DNA from: Lophium mytilinum
Taxonomy: Eukaryota
Assembly (NCBI GenBank): GCA_010093605.1
Contig: MU004199.1
Span: 620,001 to 684,000 of the forward strand
Direction of reading: 5' to 3'
DNA: 64,000 nucleotides
Positions 15,111 to 25,114 of this stretch are shown one piece after another. The position numbers were made by a program, and so were the translations under genes. Positions within the stretch are counted from its first letter, which is position 1. Every line of letters begins with the position of its first letter. The notes beneath the pieces are model-generated. The model was not told the origin of the DNA, ran no database searches, and saw only the letters and a list, made by a program, of their open reading frames with translations.

Positions 15111-15446
15111 CGGGCGGGTCTGCTTACTCTATCATTGCACGGAGTACCTCGTTTTGGGAGGCTGGGAGGCTAGTGGCGTTACGCTTTTGATACCCGGAGC
15201 GTGAGCTGGATATGTTTCGGTATGGACGGCAACGGTGTATAGCACTGTTTATGTAGACAGTATTCAATTGAAACAGATTGATTGTTTAGTACTCCTAGTG
15301 GCTATTTGACGAAATGCTTGGTGTCCCGGCTTTTGATCACATTTCTGTTGACCTCTGCGGTTACTGCAGATATTAGGCTACCTTTCAACCAGCATGACAT
15401 ATACTATTCAGGCCACCCTCTACAGTGCTATCAAGCTCGCAAAAGC

Positions 15447-15730
15447 AAAGCCGCAGTAGTACATTGTTAAGCTTATAAATCTTCTTAAACGCGAATATGG
15501 GGTTAACATAAACACCATAGAAATCAAGCTACCTGATAACTAGTAAGCCACTTGCCAGTTAGGCCACTCCCAACGGCGCTATCGAGCGCGCAAGAGTGCA
15601 GCCACGGTAGTATGATATTAAGCTTATAGGTCTTCTTAAACGCGAATATAGGGCTAGAATGAACACCATAGAAATCAAGCTACCTCATAACTAGGAAGCC
15701 ACCAGCCACTTAGGCCACCCCAAACGCCGG
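15447..15730. repeat. Tandem duplication, period ~151 bp, covering the GlyRS stop codon and 3' UTR
   Basis: AAGCTTATA..TCTTCTTAAACGCGAATAT.GGG.TA...AACACCATAGAAATCAAGCTACCT occurs at 15469 and 15620. Confidence 0.9.
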
Positions 15731-18031
15731 CAACCTCCCCTCAACCTCCTCCCACACCTCGGTACCAGTAACCATCCTCACGATCGCGTCCACAATCTCC
15801 TCCTGCGACGCCCGCACTTGCCTCGTACTATCCCTCTCCCGCAACGTCACACTCCCATCCCTCACAGACTCGAAGTCCACTGTAACGCCAAACGGCGTGC
15901 CGAGCTCGTCGTTCCGCGCATACCGCTTCCCGAGCGTCGCGGAGCTGTCGTCGATGCGGTTGGAGATGCCCAGCGCGCGGAGTTTCCGGGAAAGCGTGTG
16001 TAGGATGGGGCGGAAGGCGGGTTGGGCGGAGAGGGGGACGAGGAGGACTTTTGTGGGGGCGATGGAGGGGGGGAGGGAGAGGACCTGGGGCGCTGTTAGT
16101 GATGGATGTCTTCGGGTGTATAATCACAGTATCAAGCCATAAGTCTTGACGCGCAGACTCGTTACAGCTTGGCTCCAAGTTGCCTACTTGACACCACTGT
16201 CTAGGGTCCCCCTATAGGATCTCGAAGATCCAAGGGTTATGTCGAGGTTCAAGCGGTGCAGTTTGGACTACATCTTTGTCTAATGGGTGCTCAGCAACCA
16301 GGGTACCCCCAACAAAGGCGTCAAGTGTGCAAGTTGGAGCCAAGCTGTAATGAATCTGTGTGCCCAGACTTGTGGCCTGTCACTCTAGGCAAGGGAGAGG
16401 GGAGACTTACCTCACGCGCGACATCGCCTTCGCGATGCCAGTAGACGTGCTCGAGGAGGCTGTATAGGATGCGCCCGATGCCGAAGGAGGGCTCGATGAC
16501 GTTGGGGGTGTATTCGCGGATGTGCTCTACGCGTGTGACGTTTGAGATTGTGATGAGTTCGCTGCCGAGGGTGATGTCTGGGATGCTGGCTGATAGATGG
16601 AGTGTGATTTCGCCTTCTTCGGCGAGGGTAGTGGCGGCAGGCTCGAGAGCGATTTGTGACAGCGCTGCGACGACTTCTTCAACGGCTTCTGTGTCTTCTC
16701 GGAGCAACGGCTCAAGTTTCCCCTTGTCTAGCATTGTTTGCCATTCTTCGACCCTCAGAGGCTCTGTGCGAGGTTCGCAAACCACTAGCGGTACCCCGGT
16801 TCTCTTCGCGTGGACTGTCAGGTCGTATGCACTACGATCTGCGCAACCAACACATTCGATCCAGCCATATGAGGTCAGTAGCTCTGCATCCCAGCAGTCG
16901 GTCGCGTAGTGCGCCATTTCGTTGGCAAGATGCTGTCGGAATCTCAACTTCTCCAATCTAATGCCCAACTTCTGGAGGAACAATTTGACGCGTGCTAGGA
17001 AGTACCCAAGAGTCTCGTTGTCGACGATACATTGCTCTACCGCCTCGCCAATTGTCATGCTGCGGAGGTCCTTCTTACCAGCTAACTGCGTATCGCGGTC
17101 CAATAACCTCAGCTCCACATCCCGCACCTCTTCGAACCTTTTATGCTTCTTCCCACCGTCTGGGTCAACGAAGTGCTCAATCTCTGCTAGAAGGAATTCC
17201 CGGACTCGTAGTAAGCCGGAGCGCGGCGCAATTTCGTTGCGGAATGCTTTGCCAATGCTTGCTGATGCAAAGGGCATCTGGTTCTCGTTGTACTCGAGGA
17301 GTTTGCGGAAGTTTACGAACTGGCCTTGGGCAGTTTCGGGACGAAGATAGGCTGGGACAGCGGCATCGGGGCCGGTGGAGGTCTTGAACATAAGGTTGAA
17401 TGGGATTGGGGGGTGGACGGGGTTGTTGCCATTAAGGTTACGGATGTCGAATCGGTTGATTAGCTCGCCGAGTTCAGGGCCGTCGTAATTATCGATCTTT
17501 AGTTTAGTATGTCAGCTTGAAAATCTTGCTATAAAAGATGTTGTTTTTGGATCGACGGACCTTGGCCAATATCTCGTCATACTCCTGTTTTGTCGAGTCG
17601 TCCAACCGTGTCGCCTCGACTTCCCTGGCCTCTCGCGCTCGCTTGTCCCCTTCCAGCCTCGCCTCCAATACACTCTCGACCAAATGATCAGCTCTTAAGA
17701 GATCACCGTTGACAGTATCCTTACACATCCAGTCCGCAAACTTCTCCACATGGCCACTCGTCTTGAACACTTCTTCAGGCGTCAGCATTGTACAGTCTAG
17801 CTCGAGCATGTCTTCCTCGAGAACAAAGTGTTCCCGCCATGCTTCTACGATGTTGGCTTGTAAAGCACAGCCCGGTGGGCCATAGTCGTAGAGGCCCTTG
17901 CTGCCTTTCTTAATGTTGGTTCCTTCGCGGTAGATTTCGAAGGCTTCGGTGAAGAAGAAGCGGCGTTTGAGGAGGGAGGTGAAGGGTTTGCGGTCGAAGG
18001 GGACACCTGTGAGGGTTGTGGTGTCGGGCAT
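15710..18031 (-). CDS. Glycyl-tRNA synthetase (alpha2 type), divergent paralogue; 3 exons (approx. 18031-17561, 17497-16411, 16084-15710)
   Basis: [69 protein letters not shown], and an anticodon-binding C-terminus [20 protein letters not shown]. Confidence 0.95.
16127..16385. mobile_element. MITE-like element family A (~70-bp imperfect TIRs starting CAGT) inside the last GlyRS intron
   Basis: Left arm CCATAAGTCTTGACGCGCAGACTCGTTACAGCTTGGCTCCAAGTTGC matches the reverse complement of right arm GCAAGTTGGAGCCAAGCTGTAATGAATCTGTGTGCCCAGACTTGTGG. A second copy lies at 23631-23857. Confidence 0.8.
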
Positions 18032-18527
18032 TGTGAATGGTTTTGAGTCTTATCACCGAGATAGTGATATATAGAAGTAGGTAGTTGAAAGAGTAGGAAC
18101 TAGATAGAAATATGGAAATGTAGAGGATACCTTCCTACAAATGATTCTAAGGAATGACTAAGAGCTTAAATATGATTCAACGCTTAGGATGTGGATGTGG
18201 CTCAGCCAACCTAGGAGTCATGGTGTTCCATGGTTTGAGATTGGCGCCTGTTGAGGCACAGCCGCTGGTAATTATAGCCATTGGTAGTTTACCGGCGTCG
18301 AATTACGAGAAAACGCTACCTTAACACCTACCTACCAGTCATCCAGCAACTTGACTCCTGGATCGTATTGTAATTCTCAGATGAAAGCTCCTCTTTTTAG
18401 CGCCTAGGTTCGGGGCAGGCCGATTCGACAGGCCGATATGTCACGTGCTCTCGTAGCCGAAAATTGTGAATCACCACACAATACTCTATAAAGATTGAGA
18501 AGGCGAGATTGAAGTAAGGGAAGGAGG

Positions 18528-18666
18528 CACGCTAGGCAGGAAATAGGTGGCATACTCCAGCAGTTCAACACCGTCTGAGGTGCCCCGGAGAGCTATTAGG
18601 CTTGCCAAAGCTGCCCTTTTATAGATAGCAATAGGGTACCAGAGGACCTCAGACGGTGCTATTCAA
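18528..18666. mobile_element. Partial MITE-like element family B (one terminus)
   Basis: CACGCTAGGCAGGAAATAGGTGG...TTCAACACCGTCTGAGGT...GAGAGCTATTAGGCTTGCCAAA is the imperfect reverse complement of 20846-20929. Confidence 0.75.
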
Positions 18667-18985
18667 GTGTACAAAAATACAGAGATACTGAGAATACCTT
18701 ACAGATACGTAGAATGTCAATTCCTGCTCCCATGCGATCTTACCAAGGAAGTTGGTACATCTGTCTGCCACTGTATGGAGTGCCCCAGCAAGTTTCCACA
18801 TCGCCCAAAAGTAAGAGTTCCTATCTCATTCACAAACTACACAATGCATCGAGGTACCACACACGGCGGCAGACAGATGTATTAAAGGCCGAACGCCAGT
18901 CCTCAAAGGGGTATTTCCAAGCCACTAGCCTATCGCCAAACGCCTGAGAAGTAAAATCATTAGAGGCCTCTTTACTGTTTAGCCC

Positions 18986-20272
18986 TCACCTGGCATTCCA
19001 CTTTCCTCGAGCCTGTCGCTTGTATGGCACATCAGAGAAGCTCTCATCCTCCATGTCATCGTCGAAATCCTCGATTTCGAACTTGCTACCAAGAGCTTCC
19101 TTGGCCTGCCTGAGCATCAACTTTGTTTGAGCACTCATCTTCCGTAATCGCATCTCCTCCTCCATTTCATCCCGTTTGACTTTGTTAATGAGGCGCTGCG
19201 ACTCAGCGGGGAGGGGGCTAGTCTGCTGAACCTGGAACATAGCCGGTGATCCATAGCTCTGCCGGCTGTATTTGCGGAAGGCCGGCGATCCTGTATTCGA
19301 CACCAAGGAGACGCGTGCTGACGATGTGCGGCGAGACAAGGGAATTCGTGAAGGCCTCTCACTCGAGCCGTGGGCCATGGAGGCTCGAGATACTGGGCGC
19401 GGGATCTGAGAGGGCGAAATAGGGGTCGATAGAGCTGGAAGGCGCCGTTCCGAAAGTCTTGGGCTTGACGCTCTAGAGTCTGCATCTCCTGAATCTTGTA
19501 CCATTACCCACTCCCGATCATCTGTGCACAATCGTTTGATGGTTCGGGGGCGACTCTCATCCACAGGCGCTATTGACAAATCACCATAGTTTTCGGCTGG
19601 AAACCGACCGGGGAGTGTGGAGGCGTCGGAGAATGTTTTCAAATCGGGGGTGTTCAATGACAGCTTTTCCCATACGTTCGACCCTGCCAGACCCTCCTGG
19701 ATGTCGTAACCCTGCCCACCACCAGCATGGAACCCTCTGAAGGGCACGACGCAATACTGCACCAGCTTTCCAGCCACTCCACCCACCATCGTAATGAGAT
19801 TCCGTAGTGTCGACTGGCTCACTGATTGCCCGTCCATATCCGCAGGCGCAGTGTCCCAATATCCACGGCGCTGGCCCCCCAGGTTATGGTAGTCGTCGAT
19901 CTCTCGCTGGAAGTTCGCTAGGACCTGTGGCGTTTCTGATCCTCCGGCCAGATGGTACTTTTCGTTCGCAAGCGGTGGCGGGCTCTTGGCATTGCCTGCG
20001 CGATCTATCGACGCGCCCACGGAATGGTCCCAGAGATCGGAGCTGGGGAAGTACGAGTCCGAGATGTCGTGCCGCGAGCGCTTTTTGCTAGTGCTGAAGC
20101 TGTCGTTTCCTGTCGCGTGGTGTCTGCCTGGCCGGCCGGTAGCGAGAGCGGGAGTATGTGGGGGAGGGTTGAAGAAGATGGGTTTGGCGCCAGTGTGCGT
20201 ATCGAGGATCGGAGCCACGGGCGAGCCATATGACCCGGGCATGTGTCGCGGTCGGGGTGAGACGGCAGTCAT
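18986..20272 (-). CDS. Hypothetical protein (428 aa, low-complexity, conserved-looking C-terminal helix)
   Basis: Long uninterrupted ORF; motifs SPPPLANEKYHLAGG, PFRGFHAGGG.GY, RQAKEALGSKFEI resemble a Pezizomycotina-specific family; function unknown. Confidence 0.8.
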   Translation of the reverse strand: MTAVSPRPRHMPGSYGSPVAPILDTHTGAKPIFFNPPPHTPALATGRPGRHHATGNDSFSTSKKRSRHDISDSYFPSSDLWDHSVGASIDRAGNAKSPPPLANEKYHLAGGSETPQVLANFQREIDDYHNLGGQRRGYWDTAPADMDGQSVSQSTLRNLITMVGGVAGKLVQYCVVPFRGFHAGGGQGYDIQEGLAGSNVWEKLSLNTPDLKTFSDASTLPGRFPAENYGDLSIAPVDESRPRTIKRLCTDDREWVMVQDSGDADSRASSPRLSERRLPALSTPISPSQIPRPVSRASMAHGSSERPSRIPLSRRTSSARVSLVSNTGSPAFRKYSRQSYGSPAMFQVQQTSPLPAESQRLINKVKRDEMEEEMRLRKMSAQTKLMLRQAKEALGSKFEIEDFDDDMEDESFSDVPYKRQARGKWNAR

Positions 20273-20510
20273 GATGCTGGATTTAGCAGTGATTGCGGGG
20301 AGAGCTCAGCTTGTAGGTGGATAGTTCTGGATAGAGTGAATGAATAGAGTTCCACCGACAGCCACAGAGTCTCTCAAAGATCCCCTTGATAGAGTGAGGC
20401 TGTTATGCGCCCATGGCGTGGAGGATGATGTGATGTTGGAGTTTGTTGTTGAGAGCTCTAATCGTTGCTGGGCGCTTTCTAGCGCGTGGCCCATGCGTCA
20501 CGAGGCACCT

Positions 20511-20929
20511 CACGCTGGGCATAAAAGAAGTGGCACACCTAGGTAGTAGGCATTCTGCCTTAATTAGTTTCACACCTGTCTGCCACTGCCTGGAGTGCTT
20601 CGATGCATTTTAAAAAATAGAAATTCTCAGCTTTAGGCTATAATTAAATATGTTAGGGCACTCCAAGCAGTGGCAGACCGGAGTACCTACTATACCTCCT
20701 AGGTAGAATAGCCGTAAGAGAGCGTGGTAGAAAAGTAGTAGTAGATATTAAGTCTTTAAATCTGTAAGGTATTTCTAATACTTCTATACTTATTTAGTAC
20801 TGTTGGAGGTTCTCCAGTATGCTATTAATACTAATGAAATACCAGATTTGGCAAGCCTGATAGCTCTCCAGGCCACCTCAGACGGTGTTGAATTGCTTGA
20901 GTGTACCACTTCTTTTTCTGCCTAGCGTG
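20511..20929. mobile_element. MITE-like element family B (~420 bp) with ~28-bp TIRs, TpA-rich interior
   Basis: Left CACGCTGGGCATAAAAGAAGTGGCACAC and right GTGTACCACTTCTTTTTCTGCCTAGCGTG are inverted. Internal hairpin 20578-20598/20658-20678. No clear TSD. Confidence 0.72.
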
Positions 20930-22180
20930 GCGGAGTCTCAGATATATCTCGGTCTCTTGCAACAGCATCACCAACAACAGTTACGAATGCAGAAGATGTA
21001 CCCGGTTATTGTCAGACGTTTACTTTGGCATGCTTATCTGTGGACCTGAGAGAATATCGCCAGCATGACACTTGCGCATGGTGCGGCCCGACCGCCTTTG
21101 TCTACTCCCCGTACAAGACTAGCAAGTGTGGGTGTGGAAAGCTGGTCACTCGGTGCCGGGAATGCTAGCCAGCTCCGAGCTCTCCCCTCCTATCTTATGT
21201 ACGATGTCTTATCGAAGGCCAACTTGGATGCCAAATGGCTCACTTATATGCCTCACACGACACTGCAGCCCGTCAGCGTGCCACAGCCATACGAAGCGCT
21301 TCACACAGTCGGAGACAACTCCATGTACCCTAGATGTACTTGGGCAGGTAGCTACCACGGGAACTCGCTACGCCAGCACCGCAGGCACACCGGAAGTCGT
21401 GATGCGCTTCCGGCGGACATGGGCTGTGGTTCGCTCTGTACGAACGACAGCTCTACCGCAAGCGAAAAATACGGGAACGGGTATCCACAGCCATCCTCAG
21501 CTAAATGCGTGGTATATGTATGGTGATGTCGAAGTGTCTTCAAGCAGGTTTGTCTCTCTTCTTCTGGTTCCTTGAACTAAGCAAGGGCCGCGCAAGACGC
21601 CGAGACGGTCCTTTGTAAAGAGGGCTGTTGGAAGCATGTACCCACCAGAGTGCAACCGTGGTCAGGTTGGGCAGTTCGGCTTGGCCCTATCTCGGCGTGG
21701 AGCGCCTGGAAGAGGCCCATTTACGGCTTTGAGGCTGTGTCTTGCTGCAGGCCGCGGAGGGTCTGCCCCTCTACCAAGCTAGAATTCACCCCGCTTCTGC
21801 ACATATACGCACTATTTCGGCTCCACGGCGTCCTCGCCCACCCACCCAGCTGGGCGGATACGTTAGGTACAGTGCTGTCTTCTGCCGCCGTCTGGAAGAG
21901 TGTAGTGCTCAGCTGCCGCGTCCCCCTTGTACATAGCTACCCTAGGCCAGGCATGTGAGCTGTTCCTGAATCAACCCTACGCCCGACGCCAATATATTCA
22001 CCCCTCTCCACCCACTGTGCCCTTTCTTTCTCGGGTGCTTCTCATTCCTCAGTCCTCTCTCTCATTTCCTTCTCTAACCACTCCCTTCGTCAGGCTACCC
22101 TATTTCTTCTCTTCTCTATCTACTAGCTTTTATCAACCTCCAGATCCACTTCTCCACTCTCCACGCACGCGATAACAAAC

Positions 22181-22984
22181 ATGACGTGCAACATCACCAC
22201 CACGCCGCTCTACACGGAGCCCCTCCCACTCTACCAACGCGACCCCGAGACCGCCTCTATCCGCTCCGCCGCGCCCTCCTACGTCTCGGACGCGCCAACA
22301 TACACCTCACGTCGTCAGAGCATTCCCGCTCCTAATGCAACCACCAACTCCCCTTCGCGACTCTCCACCACCCCAAGCCGCGCTACCACATCCACCCCAG
22401 CCTCCGCCTCCCCGCCCCGCCTAGGCCTCCCGTCCCCCCGATATGCCCCCGGCTTCCAATCGCGCGCCCATGGCTCCTCGAGCGACCTGTCCGCCCACAA
22501 CTACAATATCTCCCACTGGAGCAACATCCACAGCAACCACCAATCGCGACAGTACGAGAACGTCGCGCGGCGACGCGCCAGCCAGGCCGTCAACACGACC
22601 CTGATCATCAACACGCCGCTCTCTACTCCCCTCCCCCCATCGACCTCCCACACCACGTCTAGCACCGCGCTTGATAGCTCCGCCGCCGGCGCGTATCCGG
22701 CCGACACGGTTCACACGCCGACGTCGCCGCTCGAGGATCCGTACCTGGTGGGCGAGGAGGCGGCGGAGAAGGCGAGGAAGCAGCGGATTTACCGGGAGAT
22801 GTGTTTGAGGGGGGAGGAGGCGTTGAAGCATGAGAGTAAGACGTGGGATTTCATGTTGGGCCAGATGGCGGATTGGGAGGAAAGGGAGCGCAGTTGGGGG
22901 AAGTTTAGGGAGACGGTGAATACGGGAAGGACGAAGTTGTTGGGGAGGAGGATTGGGTTGGGGGGTGGGCGGTTTGGGTTGTGA
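22181..22984 (+). CDS. Hypothetical fungal protein (267 aa)
   Basis: Intronless ORF after a pyrimidine-rich leader with good ATG context; conserved-looking blocks SIRSAAPSY, YENVARRR, LEDPYLVGE, WDFMLGQMADWEERERSW. Confidence 0.85.
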   Translation: MTCNITTTPLYTEPLPLYQRDPETASIRSAAPSYVSDAPTYTSRRQSIPAPNATTNSPSRLSTTPSRATTSTPASASPPRLGLPSPRYAPGFQSRAHGSSSDLSAHNYNISHWSNIHSNHQSRQYENVARRRASQAVNTTLIINTPLSTPLPPSTSHTTSSTALDSSAAGAYPADTVHTPTSPLEDPYLVGEEAAEKARKQRIYREMCLRGEEALKHESKTWDFMLGQMADWEERERSWGKFRETVNTGRTKLLGRRIGLGGGRFGL

Positions 22985-23630
22985 GAAGAGCGGGGGGGTG
23001 GAGGGTTGAGATGAACTGGGGATTTGGCTTTGTTGGTTACGATTGCGGATGAAGGGTAGAAGGGGCTACGGGAAGTGTTTCGATGCTAGAATCGATTCCA
23101 CAACACGACAGACACGAACGACACATTCTCCTCGTCTTTCGGGGTTTCATATTTCTTACGACTTCCACGACTGGGCGCCGGGCACACAGCAGGGGTTCTT
23201 AGACGGACGGGGGCGGCGGCACTGGTTCTGCGTATGATCTCTACATCTTCTTCACGTTCACTGGATGGCTACGGGCGTCTTCGCATACACGGTGTTTGGC
23301 GGAATGGCTTCATCCCCTTTTTGTGCTGCACTATTTTGCGAATCGGTTAGTAGGCTGCTAGTGCGACTAGGTGTTCTGCTAGGCCGTTGAACTATGATTT
23401 TTTGATAGAGGTGTTAGTGATGCTGAGGTGAATTATGCTTGTTATGTGATAGAACTGAGAACGTTAGTGTTGGAAGATATGAGAAGTATCTGACGCTAGG
23501 TAGTTACATTTAGTGGAAAAAGTGACAGATCCGATTGGTCTGTGTGGTGAAGAAATGTTACGTGGAGGGGGTGTCAGCGTGGATACGCTTTGGGTACATG
23601 AACTTACAGAATTGACTGCGTAAGCACTTA

Positions 23631-23857
23631 CAGTACTAGACCATAAGTCTGGGCACATGGACTTGCCATTGCTTGGCTTCAATGTTGCTCACTCGACACC
23701 ACTGTAGGGGTTTGCCTGGCTGCTGAGTAGCCACTCAGTTAAGAGGCAGTTGATTTTGACTGCTTGAAACTCGACTCTGCCCTTGGATCATTGAAATGCT
23801 GTTGGGGTACTCCAAGCAGTGGCGAACCAGTATGCCCGGATTTACGGCTTGTCACTG
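23631..23857. mobile_element. MITE-like element family A, second copy (opposite orientation, right arm partly deleted)
   Basis: TA|CAGTACTAGACCATAAGTCTGGGCAC...GTATGCCCGGATTTACGGCTTGTCACTG. The reverse complement of the interior aligns with 16190-16320 (GATCCAAGGG...GTCGAG.TTCAAGC...CTCAGCA.CCAGG). Confidence 0.8.
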
Positions 23858-24038
23858 TGGAAAGGGCTCTACGTATATAAAGTGGTTTTGTCAAACTGAT
23901 GGTACGATTTTACATCAGAACCTGAACTGTACAGCTACTATGCCCACTCTCTTCTAATGCAATGCCCATGCTGATACATTTACACCCCTTCCCCTGCTCA
24001 TCCTTCAAATACAAATACACACCTCCCTCCTCAAGCTT

Positions 24039-24773
24039 CTACCACCCCTTCCTCGTCAACTCCGCCACCCTCTCCGTCAAACTCCTAAACCCCACCTTAA
24101 ACCTCTTCCGCCACCTCTCCCCATGCAACCTCTTCCGCTTCAGCCCCGCCCGCTCATGGAACCGCTGCGCATGCACATCCGACTTCACCTTATTCCTCGA
24201 CACCAAACTATTCAGCATCCCCAAACCCCTAATCAGATCCCGCCCCTTCATCGGATCCAACTCGATGCTGCGCCCACTCGACGCATTGAACCGCGGCGGC
24301 GCGGCTTGCGCAGCTAGTGGGGTCGGCGGCGGCGGCAGGTTGGACGGCATCGAGGGCGTCCCCGCAGGCATCTGCATGCGGTCGAAGTCCAGGCCGCGCG
24401 AGGAGGGGGGCCCGCGCGCGGGGGTGCGGGGGGCGTAGTTTCCGAAAGATGTTTTGCCGAAGGCGGCGCTGATGTTGGCGGAGGAGGAGCGGGCGGGAGG
24501 CGGGCGGGAGGGGGTGTCGAGGATGGAGCTGTTGATGAGGGAGTTGAGGGATTCGGTGAGCTCGTCGGGCGCGGCGGGGGTGGTGGTGCGTGGTGGTGCG
24601 GGTGCGCGTTGGGGTGCTGCGGCGAAAGCTGGACGGGTTGTGGTGAAGCTCCGCTGGTGGGAGGTTGATAGCGAGATGAGAGGGCGTTGGGAAGCTCGGA
24701 GGAATATTGAAGGAGATGGGATGATGCAGTGAGGAGAGCGCAGGAGAGCGTCTCCTACGCGGCGGAACTCCAT
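24039..24773 (-). CDS. MRP21: Mitochondrial ribosomal protein bS21m
   Basis: Arg/Ser-rich presequence; C-terminal S21 domain LNSLVSRNKVKSDVHAQRFHERAGLKRKRL..ERWRKRFK.GF...RKGW. Confidence 0.9.
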   Translation of the reverse strand: MEFRRVGDALLRSPHCIIPSPSIFLRASQRPLISLSTSHQRSFTTTRPAFAAAPQRAPAPPRTTTPAAPDELTESLNSLINSSILDTPSRPPPARSSSANISAAFGKTSFGNYAPRTPARGPPSSRGLDFDRMQMPAGTPSMPSNLPPPPTPLAAQAAPPRFNASSGRSIELDPMKGRDLIRGLGMLNSLVSRNKVKSDVHAQRFHERAGLKRKRLHGERWRKRFKVGFRSLTERVAELTRKGW

Positions 24774-25114
24774 GGTGGTGGATGTGAGATGGACGGAGCG
24801 ATGTTATTGAGGTGCCATCTAATTGATTGAATTGACAGCGGGACCGGACGTGGACACGTGCGAGGTGTTTGTGGTTGTGAAGTCGGAAAGTAAAGAAAAC
24901 TAGCGCAAGGCTCCGCCAAGCCAAACGGGCGAAGTTTTGCCGGCTCTCAACGTGATAGGTCTTCACTTGCACATCTTCAACCTCCACCCCAGTGCTCGTC
25001 CACTCATCTCTATCACACTATTCCAGCGCGTAGCTAAACGTCGCTGTTACTCTCCAACCAACCTCGAAGCTTCTCGCCAGCTTCCGAGACGCGCAGATCG
25101 GCGCGGCTGCAGAC

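Noticed and set aside
21065..22175. ORFs of 80-153 aa upstream of the 22181 gene
   Set aside because: No recognisable motifs or coding bias; reads as promoter or leader sequence.
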